Shown here one piece after another: positions 33,076 to 45,160 of a stretch of DNA of 64,000 nucleotides (positions are counted from its first letter, which is position 1; each line of letters opens with the position of its first letter). Source of the stretch: Azolla caroliniana (Eukaryota > Plantae > Polypodiophyta); NCBI GenBank assembly GCA_043228905.1, contig JBHGNT010000003.1:19220001-19284000 (forward strand), written 5' to 3'. A program made the translations under genes and the position numbers. The notes under the pieces are model-generated. The model was not told where the DNA came from, ran no database searches, and worked only from the letters and a program-made list of their open reading frames with translations.

Positions 33076-33264
33076 GCACAAAAGACTCTTTTCTATATCA
33101 TAGAAAACAATAATACAACCCAACCTTACAAAAAGGTTACAAGGTCACTATATATAGTGACCGACTTAGGGCAACTACCATTTATGCTAATTACACAAAT
33201 GGCCCAAACTTGATCTATACAAAGGGATAGTGTGAATACGTCCATTATACACTTGTATTCGACA
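27741..33264 (-). mobile_element. Ty1/copia element C (Tnt1/Tork-like), intact and young
   Basis: LTRs 27741-28049 and 32950-33264 (2 substitutions plus microsatellite length difference); TSD GCCAC; iMet PBS 32947-32936; PPT next to 28050. Confidence 0.97.
28243..32277 (-). CDS. Intact copia Gag-Pol polyprotein (1344 aa)
   Basis: CNYCKKPGHIKADC, WLLDSGAS, HSDVCGP/TDNGGEF/NGIAER, YVDD, TDSD..TTEAEY..ADGMTK; no stops. Confidence 0.97.
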   Translation of the reverse strand: MMASTSGSSEMSLRKFDGSNFNFWKEQMQDYLIVKGQIDPIENEEPPEGYKPIEWQKLDRIVRATIRMHLSESVYFTVQSCTTAFELWKTLSDTYEKKVAATKMFLIRRLYNLRMKESDSVQAHLNEYESISSQISSQGTAIEDELRAMILMSSLPSSWETFVTTVCNASTTAVKYSEVTSAILTEAARRKSFAKDSIDDAYVVQGSTDRSNIRGRDSSRQPNNQRRRSQSRDNRICNYCKKPGHIKADCRALKNKNDKSQKSDKKSGRHEEINYVSSSADVLPNDPNILSIENPVGSEVLLTTEESSTWLLDSGASFHVTPHRSQFRQYTIRDSDSVRVGNSQHCDIIGIGTVELNLAGGSTLVLHNVRHVPELSRPLISVGQLDEDGIRAGFSSGGWTLHRGNLLLARGPKIHSLYPLHVTLREGNLFLVDIPVSSLWHRRLGHLSKAGITHLSRAGYIPKLSFSDHQFCEHCQYGKQAAASHPTSAPRETRPLDLVHSDVCGPMPHQSLGGASYFVSFIDDSTRKVWAYPIRTKDRVFSIFSDWLAMVENQTDRKLKCFRTDNGGEFKSEEFVKFCRQRGIRREFTAPHSPEQNGIAERMNRTIQERIVSMLQHSGLSDGFWAEALLTAVHIINMSPSRPLGLQIPQELWIGSKPNYDKLRIFGCEAYALIPKDDRRKLVPRSRKCIFLGYGSDGEMGYRLWDPERRQIVRSSDVVFNESAMNPSVETPIEVRRVTFSDVPTLQEGPALNTRSASRVAEPYTTDSDNFDSAQPNDSLSDHPTSIPDATSPIIPRRSERLSQPPERYSPGIFFTDAGELTSYEEASTSVDSATWHLAMESEMHSIRANKTWDLVELPKNRRALPCKWVYRLKETSDSTTPKYKARLVAKGFRQEYGVDFDEIFSPVVKMTTLRFLLGVVAADNLELIQLDVKTAFLHGDLEEEIYMEQPKGFVATGQEHLVCRLRKSLYGLKQAPRQWYKKFDDFIQSIGFSKSDEDHCLFTNTGQDGSPIFLIIYVDDMLISGRHAGELANLIWQLRLKFAMKDLGPARHILGMKISRHRDKRHLFLSQTDYIGRVLERFNMQSAKSASTPLPMNLRLSQRDCPTSGPEGEDMKSVPYAPAVGSLMYLMVATRPDISHAVGVVSRFMHNPGRSHWNAVKHVFKYLAGTKDHGILFGPNSTSGVVGYTDSDFAGCIDSRKSTTGYCFKFGNGAISWKSKLQECTATSTTEAEYVAASDAAKEALWLGRLAHTFRQVDHDSAPVIYSDSQGAVALSRNPVHHNASKHIDVRYHFVRDCIISGKIGLEKISTTDNVADGMTKCLSADRFRSLRHQMGVTTNQSG

Positions 33265-33804
33265 GCCACCTCATCAATATAGGCCGCGTTTAACTTGATC
33301 GGCTTCTCTATCTCCGGCTCGAATGAGAGCCACTTCCTCTTTACCAGCTCTATGATCTAATTGTGGAACTCCTTCTTGGTGATGCCCAACACTTCTCGTA
33401 ACGAGAGCTCCACCCAACTGTCGAGGATCCACTCCTCCAAGACCCCTCCAGAGGTCTGTTGTCTTCTCAATCTCCAAGCTCAGCCGAAAACTCGGGAATT
33501 TCCCCTTTTCTTTTCCCCGCAAGTTGGCCAGACCCTTTTCATCTTTCTTTGGTCCTCTCCGGGTGTCGTATTGGTTAAAGGGACCGGCACGTCCGGCCTT
33601 CTCAGCCTGTCTGTCTTCAACCAGAACCTCGTAGTTCTGGCACGCGGCTTCTATAAAGCCAGTTTTCTCCTCGACCGGATCGTCCCATCCGGTGTGTTCC
33701 GCTACCCATGTAGTTAGTGGTTGACCATAGTCCATTGTGTCACCCATTATAAGTAATTCTTGTAGTGTAACAACTTACCACTAGCGTAAGCAAATTATGA
33801 GGAG

Positions 33805-33935
33805 AGATAGATTATATTATTGTCATCGGAGGTCAAATATGACCTATGAGACCAAAAATATTACATTTCACGTGATATGTGTGAAAGTGAGTAGTGACTC
33901 TCGATGTCCAAAAAAATTACTAATGAATGTTGCAA
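33805..33935 (-). mobile_element. Very short LINE B 3'-end copy
   Basis: Matches 5500-5622 and has a short gagagatagat tail. Confidence 0.85.
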
Positions 33936-34104
33936 CAGACAACGGCGTGACAATGAGCTGATGTGTCATCATCGTTATCACAAATGGGGCGACTGACGGT
34001 GACAGAAGACAACAGATGGCCACAAACGACGATAGGCAACACCGCATGGCAACAGACGACGACACGTCAATAGACTCTTGTGTCATCATTATCACAACGG
34101 CTAT

Positions 34105-34146
<42 letters not shown>

Positions 34147-35628
34147 TTATATTATCATCTTCGGAGGTCAAATATGACCTATGAGACCAAAAATATTACA
34201 TTTCACGTGATACATGTAAAAGTGAGTAGTGACTCTCGATCTTCAAGAACTTTACCAATGAATGTTGCAATCGAGAGTGCACATTGTGGTTGTGAGAGGA
34301 ATTCATGCAAGGATTGGGCTCGGTCAAAGAGATGTGGAAAGCATGGTCGAATATGATCAAAGGCAGAGCATTGTATCCAAGTGTGATACTCAGACTCGCG
34401 AACTTGTTTAGGGCAAAGTGTGCATAGCCGACCACTTTCATCACTTGTGCCCCAACGCCCTGTCTCACATCGCAATGCATGTGACTTAAGTCACATGGAA
34501 GCAATGGTTCGAATGGCAGATAATTGTATGGGCTCTAGCATGTATCGATGTGTATGATTTCCTCATTCCGCAAAGAATATGGTTTTGTAGTTAGGTGCAA
34601 CATGTGTAGTATAATGTGTGAAGCGTGAGCCTCCACATTTGTCCCATGTCATGATACATTGGCATTGCAAAAAGGCCTTATTTACAGAGGAATCTAGTGA
34701 TGCATCATGAAGCAAGTGTCTCACATCCCATCTATCTAACCATTTTTCTATATCTTGCATCCAACCGGAACACAAAATTTTGCTTTTATTCGTCTTTTGG
34801 ATCTTTTTGATTGCTTCCCATGCAATTCTAGGAAGTCGATGTGAGGGGCTTTTTTGAAGCTTAAGGATGTATTCAATAACCCTTTCCATGGCCATGATCT
34901 CAATGGGAAGCGATCCCATCTCAAGGAGGAGGAGGGTGTAGGGCGTTTGTTTCTTAACTTGTAGAAACTTTGTAAGAAAATGTTTTTGGACATTTTCAAA
35001 CTCTTTCCACGTAGATTTAGGGATGCTACCGCCCCATATTTCCACCCCATAGAGAAGAACCGGGGTCGCCAAAGTGTCAAAAAGATATTTTTTGAAGACC
35101 CAACACTTAATATCTCCAAGATTGCATGTGTTCTCAAATGCATAATATGCTCGCTTACCCACCTCTAAATGGTGTGTAGCACATTCATTCCATTTATGAT
35201 TTGAAGGAACTTCAAGACCAAGATATTTGAAGTTTTCCACACATTCAAGTGGCTGATTGTTGTACACAATGCATGGTTTATCTCTTTTTTGACTCTTCAC
35301 AAGCATAATCTTTGTTTTAGAGTTATTGACACTTAATCTAGTATGCATTCAAATTTTTTCCAATGCCTTCATAAGCTTTTGTGCATCTCTTGAAGTATTT
35401 GCAAAAAGCATTACATCATCTGCATATAACAAAAGCCACAACATTCCCAATGGCAACTTCTTCAACACATTCTTCCTTTACAAACTTTGTAATAATTTCT
35501 TCTAATTCATCAATGCATAGACCAAATAATGTTGGTGAGAGTGGGCATCCTTGCTTAACACCAATAGTGCTAATGAAAAAATCTGAAAGTCTATCTCTCA
35601 TACGCACACAACATATAGCCTTCTCATA
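34147..35628 (-). mobile_element. LINE family B copy 3, 5'-truncated, flanked by (GA)n at 34105-34146 and 35628-35642
   Basis: Colinear with 5500-6986; ORF fragments 34203-34475, 34563-35348 and 35416-35607. Confidence 0.92.
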
Positions 35629-36367
35629 GAGAGAGAGAGAGATTTATTGGCCATGATGAGGCCAACTTTGACCTATGGCGCCAAATCAATATATCATCTT
35701 CTATGTGTTTTCTCCAAAGAAGGGGGGTCACTACTCTATAGTAAAAAATCGCTTTGTAAAAATAATGCAAGCACGTATATGTTCACCTTGTTTGGTGGAA
35801 ATTTGAGTATGACACTCACATTATAATCTAGGTGTAACAAATCATCATATTTCTTGGGAATTAACTTATACGTTGAACATGCAATAAGTAATTTATATGC
35901 ATCCTCCACTAGGTTTCATTGCATACCTTGCATATCTTCAATGTTCGCACAACGATTCCCTGATGTTATCTCAACACCTAATGTGTAAGTGAGTTTGAAG
36001 AAGTGTCAAAGCTCTATGAGAGCCATGGCTCATAGGGGTAGTGAGATGTGATTGGACACGCTTTGGGTTTGTTTCCTTTTATTGGGGCGAATATTGAGGG
36101 TTAGTGTTTACAGTATAATATTCCAATATTGACATTTTAACATTTTGCCACTTCATCCTTAGTGCCGCTAGTAATCGATCCCCAATGATCACACACTTCA
36201 TTGCATCAGTTGGGAGCTCCAATAGATCTTTTACACCCCATATTGTAAACATTTCATAATGTCAAAATACCTAGCCAAATGGGAGGATTTTGCTCTTATT
36301 AGTTTTATGTACCTTGCATCCTATGTGCTAAGCTTTGTTTGGACAATCTATGATCAAGCATAATATT

Positions 36368-36393
36368 GACACACACACACACACACACACACA
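36368..36393. repeat. (AC)n microsatellite
   Basis: Directly visible. Confidence 0.9.
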
Positions 36394-37443
36394 TAGTTAG
36401 TGATAGAAAATGTCTCGTTAAATTTGACTTTGAATTTTAAGAGTAGTGATTTAATTTTTGTTATTTTCTTGGATAATTCTTAAGTTTTTATTTTTATTTT
36501 TGTGAGTGATTACTAAAATTTTTGCAAAAGTTGGTAGTGGTACACTATAGCTTGCTTTCGCCTGCCATAACATTGATCGAGACTTGATTGACATGTTGAA
36601 TTGAGTTTTCCCGAATAAATCAACACAACTCATACCTTGGAGTGTTGCACTTCTAAGGGTCATTACGAAGTTTCGAGGGGTCACCTTCCTCTTGGTGGGT
36701 TAACTAAGGGATTGGAAGGATGTCACTCCCTAATGACAAAGGCCACATCATATATCAACACACAGAAGACTTACCACTCCACTCCATGCAACCGCCTAAT
36801 CACTACATTAAATAAGTAATATATTAGTCCCAATGAAATAGATAATTACTATATAAGAAATATGTCAGATGACTCACTCTTAGCGGATATAAAAAGGAGA
36901 GAATGGGACCAAAAGGTATCCCCAAATTAGGACAGCCAAAGGCCCCTTTTTCATAAGAGCTCTTGCCCTTATTTACAATGTCAAAACCTTAAAGGGTTAT
37001 TTTCACAATACCAACCTTATTAGCCTTTAGCCATTCTTACCAAATAAAGGGTAGTTCTTCATAAATTACAATATACCCATGTTTCCTACATATATTTAAC
37101 CTATGACCAATATTTTAGGTTAGAAAACTAAGCTTTATAGGGTTGTTAAAATTAAAGAGCGTAATATTATTTTTCTTACACATGTCACCATTCATGGCCA
37201 ATTCCAATTTCAATTTCAACCCACACTCATTGATAGCACAACCACCCTTAACATACATTAATCCCACTAATGAAGTATGCATCCACCAACTCCATGAAAT
37301 TTGTATGATGCTTATTGGTTATCTACCACCTCAAACACACTATAAGAAGATTGTAAATGCACATAATCTCCTTGAACCCACAATTAAGGTTGATGACAAT
37401 TAATGAAAAGAGTTAGATGCGGAAACTAATCAATAGACACACT

Positions 37444-37700
37444 TGGCTCTGATGGACGATACCACACAATTAGGTAAACACATAGATGAGAGAGACACAG
37501 AGACAGAGAAAGCAAACAACAAAAAAATCTATTCAAAATAATAACGCTTTGTACATCAAAATGTGCTTACTGAGCACTTTTATACAAGCCTCTAGCATAG
37601 GCTTACTCAAGTATTGACTAGTACTTGAATACTCATAAATGAGCATCTGACACTAACTGCCTAAATATTCCTACTACTGGCCTGCTGGCTCTCTTGGTTT
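37444..37700 (-). mobile_element. Old copia PBS plus LTR remnant related to the copia A LTR
   Basis: Interrupted gctctga..gatacca, followed by tttatacaag..gtact.gaat.ctca..gagcatctgacacta as in copia A LTRs. Confidence 0.5.
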
Positions 37701-40481
37701 GACATTCCAAAACTCATGTTACATGTGCATTCTTAAACTCTAAGACTTTGTCTGTGTAAGTGTTTTAAATTAACCCCATAAGTTTGTGGATCTTTCACAT
37801 TTAGTTCATCTACCTAATTGGTTCAATCTTGAAGTTGGCAAAACACATCAAAACACACTTGCCTCAAATAGTCATTGCAAGTGTGCAATATTTTAAAGTG
37901 GGGAATATGTTATGTGCATAACCATAACTTATTATGAAATAGGTTTTCCATAGTTTTCGTCAATCTTATGATAAAAATGTGTAGGTTAATTCTGAAATGA
38001 TTAAGGGTATGAATTGAATTACAATTCTACGGTGTGAAATAACTATTAAGTGTATAATCACTTGAATATTTAACATAAAGTAGTCACTTAGTGTGAATAG
38101 GCTAGGGCCTAGGGTTTCTGCCTATATCAGAAGGCTAGCTACCTTCTAATTAGAGGAGCTTGAGTTATGTTGAGATTATGTCAGTGTGGCTATAACTCTT
38201 GTTAGCTAAGAATGTGAGATCCTCACAAAACCTAAGATACGACTTGTATCAACCCTTGATGGTATGGGACATCGAGGAGGTTTGGGTCAGTCTCACACAT
38301 TCACTAGGGGCTGATCATGTGGTTTGGCACCCCTCTTTCCTATCTTTGGTTTGTAATTCCATATGTTTGCTTAAATCATTAGTTAGACTATAACAAGGGG
38401 GGATCCTAATCCTTATGGGCGAATGCCACAAGGGGGAGTTCAAGGGAGAGGTCACAATGTGTGTTCTAAAGGATACATGCACATTCCTCTATTGAGGGGT
38501 TCATAGATATAGCAAGGATGAATGTCGAAGAGAAGATGAAAATCGTAGTCTACAAAGAATGGAACATAATTGTTACAAAATGTGTATTATACATTTAGAA
38601 TACATTTTAGAATACCCTTAAAGTACTCCACATGTATTCTAAATTTTAGAATTGTCATTGTATACTGCAGAAAAGCGTTCGACTCATCAAACGTTCAAGT
38701 CGTTAACTTAGTCAAAAGGGGGCCTCTATCCAAAGTCAAAGGCTTCCTTGTTTCCTAAATTCTGAATATGTCCTCACAATGTTTGGGGGTATGAAGGCAA
38801 GAATAAAAATTTTAAATCATGTTTTTAGTCTTGTCCACGAGCGCCATCTAACAGACGGGACGTTGGCTTCGGCCGACGTGGTGGGTTTGATTCTCCCCAT
38901 TCGAAAAATTTACGACAAGGTGCTAATTTACGCTCGGCATTCAAAATCGGAATCTGAAAAATCTATTGCAATCCCATGATTGGAGTTTGTTATAGCTTGA
39001 TGGATTAGGACCAATGGATTCTTTTGATCTACAATACCCATTAACTTCAAATGAATGTTGAGTATGGTGTCTAGGAGCTTGTATGAATTCTATTAGTGGA
39101 TCAAGGTATATACAACATCCAAAGCATAGTGGGAAATTTTACATTAAATAACATAATGTAATAGAGTTATATTCTCATGTGCATCTAAGTGAGCATGGAG
39201 CAATATAATTCCGTGGCTTGAAGTGAAAACTAACACAAGCACTCATAAGGTTTCAAATCTTGAGATAAAACCCATCTAATGCATTAACTTCTCAAGAGCT
39301 CTCTAAATTGACCACAATCAGGGTTTTGGTTATCATTGTTCATAGTAACAATCATGGGCTTGACCCTATCATATAGATATTAGATGTTGTAATGTGACCT
39401 TAATATTCTCTCTCCCTCTCACACACAAAGCATGGTGAGAAAATATATTTTCTAGGGTCTTACAACAATATCAAGAAAGAACAACAATTTAATTGACATT
39501 GGACAACTAATAATCAACTGTTCCACAATCATTTTCTTTGTCTACTTTATTATAATATTGCTTTGATCTTTGTTTTTAACTACACATTATCATCATTGAT
39601 TTGATATATCTCCTCTTTCTCACTAAATCAAGTGATGTAAATGATTGGCCTTCGCTTATGAAACACCAACTTTACCATCACACCCTCATATTTATCGTAG
39701 AGACATTTTAAAGTGATGCCATAACACCTTTGGACATGATTTGATCTATTGAGATAATTCTTTGACATTACATAATTTAGTGAGTAATATCTTGCTAGCA
39801 TTTGTGCTCAGAGCTTCTATCTTTTGGTAATGTGAAAGGGGAATGCTGGTCTACATAAGACCAATACCTTCCAAAATGTTTGGTAAGAATATTGGAAAAC
39901 TCATAACCCCATTTTGCTTTGTTGATTTCACTTACACATACACAACTCATAATTTCAGTTGATTGTTGCAATGGCACTTGCAATTAAATGATTTGACTAA
40001 TTCGCCTCTTGTCATTTTGTAATTTATTTACCTCGAAGATAAAATGGGAGGGGCCTCATTTGCACATAGTTTCAAGAAAACAATGGTAGCCCCACACTCT
40101 AAATATCCAAAGACTTTTAAGAGACATACTTCTATAAGTTTTCCCACTTAGAGTTGAAAACAAGGCTAACTTCTAGTATTCTAATGTGTAAACAAATAAG
40201 ATCTCGAAGTATACGCTTCAATGAGAGACATACACTTCTTATCGATTCATATAGAAAAAAAGAAAACTCTTGCCCACTTGCCGGTGTACAAATCTAAAAA
40301 TCTAAAAAGTGTCTTAAAAAGTCAAGATATTTTGTAGTGACACGTTAGGAGGCCTATCCATGAAACTTAAAAGAGAGAAAAAAATGTGCCTTCTAGTTAA
40401 GTGATTCCTAATTCATTCATTCACTCGGGAGAACTATATATCACTTCATCTTTTTCTCTTTAATTACTTGTAGCATCAAAT

Positions 40482-42027
40482 ATGGAGCTCTCAACTTCCC
40501 TTGTTCAATTCCACCCAGCAAAACATGAATTTTCTTCAACTTCTTCTAATAGAGCTCATTCAAATCGTATCTTAAGTGTGGCTATGTCACCCTCCCATGA
40601 TTATAACATCAAATCCTCATCGTCTTCTTCCACCACTACTAATTCTATTCCTAAAATGGAGCCTTTCAACCGTAGTAGAATAAGTCGATCTATTAGAGAA
40701 CCTTCTCTCATCGAGAAAGCCGAGCATGCTATCTCAGGTTTAAATTTTATCCCCCCAAATGGTTTACTTGAGTATAAGTTTGCTTCTCTAATCAACGTAT
40801 TGTCTTCATGAGTTTGATTTGAACAGATTTTTTCTTACGATATTACTCTTTTACAATTTACTCAAAAATGATATTGTATGTATTGATTTGCTAGATCGAT
40901 GCTCCATTCTAGAAGGCGATGAGGCATACAAATGTTGGGAGGCCCTTTTTGAGTTTGAAAATATGAAGGCAAGCATACAAAATATAAGTTATTGTTATGA
41001 TTCATTAATCTTAGAAATACCAAACACCCCAAACCGTAAGTCTAATTGTAATGCGAACAACAATTGTTATTGTACAATTTTCACTATAGACTTAGGTTCT
41101 GAAAATATATGTTAGGAAAATCAAGACTGCATGGTGATAAATTGAATCAATTTTTTGGAAGACCTTTATTTTTCCACATTCGTAATTTTGATAGGCAATA
41201 GAAGAATATTATATTAATGTGAACTTAAATTGTAGACCCTTCTTATCAACGTGATCTCATGAATGTGTAAGGATCAAGCTTCAAGTTATTTTTTGAAATC
41301 TATTTGTGAATTGACTATATTTGAAGACAGAGTCCTTACAATATCTTTCGTGTGTTGTGAACACATGTTTAACGTGTTGCAGTCAATCTCCTAGCAGTTA
41401 ATTGATTCATATATTTGTGGACACTCCATGTGGTTGGACACATTCAAGAGCTGGATGTTTCACCTCCATCATGATTAGAAATTTTATACTGACTCTTACC
41501 ACTACAACTAGTGGATATATTGGTTGTAATATTATATTCGTCAAGCTAGTTGTTTGATCTTAGCTTGATGGAACTTTCTTGATTGATCAAAACATGTATT
41601 TTATCTCCTTCTTGTTTGATAATGTATCAAATCCTCATGCCTTCTTTCCATGATCTTCCAGGGAGAATACACAATGCAATGTGATGTTGCTGCATCAACA
41701 GACAAGGAAAGTGCATGCCGACCACTTGAGAGGCTCGAGAACATTGTGAGGCAATCTGGTGGTGTTGTGTCACTCATTGACCATGTAGGTATGTTAGCAA
41801 AGGCAAAAGAAATGCGCAAGTCCAAACTAGAAAAAGAAAAAGGAGAAACAAACCTTCTTGATGTTGGTCATAGTGATGATGTCGAAAATCGCTATAACTT
41901 TCTTGACACTGGAGATATACCTCCAACTGAAGAAGAGTTGGAATTTGAAAGGAGTGCTAGAATGCCAGAGTCTCCCTTTACAAGAATGCTTAGAATTATA
42001 AGCAATGGTCATCTTGGTAAAGCTTAG
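40482..42027 (+). CDS. CBP1: CCG-binding protein 1-like (CBP1/MEE14); exons 40482-40737, 40895-40968, 41662-42027; about 231 aa
   Basis: Spliced product contains PKMEPFNRSRISRSIREPSLIEK..SDRCSILEGDEAYKCW..FE, LENIVRQSGGVVSLI and PPTEEELE..RMPESPFTRMLR, matching recalled CBP1 motifs (EPFSRS..PPLIEK, CSTLEGDDSYSCW, MPDSAFTRLLR). Exon phases are consistent (256+74+366 nt). Confidence 0.85.
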
Positions 42028-42799
42028 TGATATCTCTAGCATGTTTTGTTTAGCTATTGAATTACTACTAGTTAGATAAATAAAATGTATATATAACTTT
42101 GAGATGTTTATCGCTAATACAACTAAGATTATCACGCTTTGAAGACTAAGGTAGATCTTGACTAACGCTAATGATATCATATCCCCACATATATATGGTT
42201 GGATTTGTCTTTCCACCTCTACTATAATTGTGGGTCTAGAGTGTACCCTATTAGAAGTAGTAAAAGAAATGTTATATGAAATAATATATGAAACTTAAGT
42301 ATATAGAGACCTCATACAACTATCTCCTTGGTGCCCTACGTGAGAAAATCTTACAAGTGAAATGGGCTCTAGAATCTCCATTTGATCTTACCTAAATAAC
42401 AAATTCCTTTGTCTCCTCCCAAAGATGTAATACTTTGGTGAGTCTTATTGTCCCCTTTGCTCTATCACTATCTTTATCCCTTCATATGTATATAATATTG
42501 AGGTTGTATGCTCAAGGTATTCCAAATTAACACTCCACTTGTTATAGGTATAATTGTAAGGACCAATCGTGAAGTTAATCTTTATGGGTTTGTCGCAAGT
42601 CCTACAATGACTGGTTTCTCAACTATTTTCTCCACAAATCATTAAAATTAGATGTAGAATTGGTTTTGAAGGTTAAACCTATAAGCACAACTGGTTTCTT
42701 AACTATCATACCTTAAACCATTAAAATCAACCTTAAACCCTTAAGACTATGCTTATAAACACTACATTAACATTAAAAAGGAGCATTTACATTATGCCC

Positions 42800-43530
42800 T
42801 ACATACCATTCACATGAAACAAGGGAACTTCTTTGTGACATCTATATATAACTCCCCCCATGCACACATATCTTTCCCATGAATGATTGGAGGGTATTTT
42901 TTTAATAGAAAGACACTCCAATGCCATTAAAGTGTTGAAAATATATTTCTTACAGACCCAACATTTAATTTCCACACCATTGCATGTGTTTGCAAATGTA
43001 CAATATGCTCTCTTTCCATCTCTAATTGGTGGGTGACACATTCAATCTATCTAACACTTGAGGGAGCTTCAAGGCCAAGGAATTTAAAGCTTACAATTTC
43101 ACGCAGCTCATTGGTGTACATAATGTATGGTTTATCCTTATTTTGGCTCTTCACGAGAAAATCTTCATTTTAGAGCTATTGACATTCAACTTAGTATAAA
43201 GGCAAGGATCTTCCAATGCCCTCATAAAATTTTGTGCATCTCCCAATGTATTAGCAAAAAACATTACAACATTTGCATATAATAAAAGCATAATAACGAC
43301 AATTCCAATGACAACGTCTTCAATGCCCATCCTTTAAAAAGTTGGTAACAATTTGTTTTAAATTAATTAGAGTTTGTGAGAGTGGGTATCCTTGCTTAAC
43401 ATTGATAACATACCAAAAAAAATCTAAAATTGCAATAAAATATAACCTTTTGATCGATCCAGGAAATTACAAGCTTATATTCACTTGGCATCTTGAGGTC
43501 TTCCATGCACTTCCAAAAATGCTCATGGGA
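42800..43530 (-). mobile_element. Old LINE B-like RT fragment
   Basis: Diverged but colinear with ~6370-7070 (GKRAY..NTC..IKCWV.KKY). Confidence 0.75.
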
Positions 43531-43559
43531 TACCTTTTAGTTATAAAATTTTACAGATG

Positions 43560-45150
43560 AGATTGTTATATACAAATCCCTGTAGGGACATGATAGTTCC
43601 ATCTTATGTGGATGCCCACTAACTCAAGAAAGGGAAAGGACAACCATTGTTGGATGATGGCTAGTCGTTGTCTTTCAACTCCATCGGAGCTGCCCTTGAG
43701 GCCATCATATTGGCTCTTTAGAGTAGCTACAACTTCACTCCATATCTCCTGCATTAACATTATTGGATGAGCGGTTTGTTTGGAGAAGACCTGTCTGCAC
43801 CGTTATTTCCATAGAATCCAAAAGAGTTATTGGGCTAACCAATTCCAACACAACTTGAGATTTGGCATTAATAGGAGTTGTGTGGACATTGCCACTGGTG
43901 GAGAAAAAAACCTCTTGTGTATTTATCACCAAAGTCATTCCCTCCTCCTAATACTCATATTTGTCAACTGGGGCACACCATGATAGCCAACATACATTTC
44001 CCCATTTGATTGAGCCTTGAACCTGGCATAATTGCAATAAGCGGCCAACCCCCCGCCATATTCAATGGGACTATGGGCAATCCCACAGAGCATGTGGTAT
44101 TGATTCTAATGCATTTGGGTATGCCACACAATAAGGAGAACAAAGGATCGCACACTACCATGCTCCAACCGGTAGTGACTTATGTATTAATTGCCATTGG
44201 AACGTGGTGATTCGCCTCGCATGTTGTTGTTTCCAGACTTTTTGCCAAAACTTGGTGATAATTGTGTCAGGAACATGATATCTGTGCCAAACCTTTGCAA
44301 CAGCTGGCCCTCGAGCGGTTTGAGCAGCTAGAATGTGGCGACCCAAGCTAGTTGTGAATTGGAAGAAAGGGATGGGTTTGCTTCCTTGCCCCGTGTAAGT
44401 ATCATGCCATGTCCATTGCAAAGGGTCCCAACTAGCCTTACGTAGCCATGTGTTTTCATGAGTACATATGTGCCAATCTGGTTGTACTTTGATCGGATTA
44501 GGATCTACGATCCATTTATGACCAATATACACGAGTACTTGAATTGCCTTATTCTGTGTTGGTGTCTCATCGTCTCGCAATTCAGAACCTTCGATCCTGT
44601 CCGGTGTTTCCCTACCTCTTGGGATCAAAGAGCCCTCCTCGTCGCCTATCCATTTCTCCATTGCCTTCCTTTGATTAGCAGCTTCCCTAATTAGTAGAGC
44701 GTTAATGATTTTAGATCTCATAGTCCATCCACCCCTGATTCCATGGAGTATGTTGGCTTGATCTTGTATTGACAATGACCAACATTCTATACTTTTTCCT
44801 AGACCTTTTGCAATGTATCCCCATGACAACCCCTTACTTGATCCAATTAGTTGATTAGATTCATCCATGATACATGGGTTCCATAAGATACATTGACTGA
44901 GCCATGCATGTTCGGAATTAGGTTGATCGCATTTGAGCCCTCGTCTAATGTGACACCACGCTTTCCACATGGATGCACTAAATTTATCCTCCAATTGGCG
45001 GGAGAAACTAGGTTTGAGATCCATTTTAAGAATCCATTCCATTTGGCGGGCCCAATTGGCCCCTTTTCATGGCCTAAAGTAAGCGAAGCATAACCGCAGT
45101 AGCATTTTCCAATAGTCATTCCCTGGTTGGAGTCCTCGCACCACAAATTT
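43560..45150 (-). mobile_element. L1-clade LINE ORF2 3' fragment (zf-RVT region)
   Basis: ORF 44155-45042 with WKAW, ILWNP and FWQKVWK..FQWQLIHKSLPVG, followed by C..C..ESIPHALWDCP-like residues. Confidence 0.7.
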
Positions 45151-45160
45151 GGCGAGTAAA

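Larger units (their letters stand above)
12456..33715 (-). mobile_element. Decayed Ylt1-like Ty3/gypsy host element in three pieces (12456-14974, 27296-27740, 33265-~33715), split by copia A and copia C
   Basis: The pieces are homologous to the plus-strand copy at 18333-23641 (WARAT..PVVALFDHGSE; PSSAPYSNQWF; LAMLRWI.YIKS) and rejoin across TSDs GAACC and GCCAC. Confidence 0.88.

Noticed and set aside
35700-40400. Short ORFs and faint LINE/LTR-like remnants in the AT-rich intergenic region
   Set aside because: No recognisable domains, termini or splice structure could be supported.
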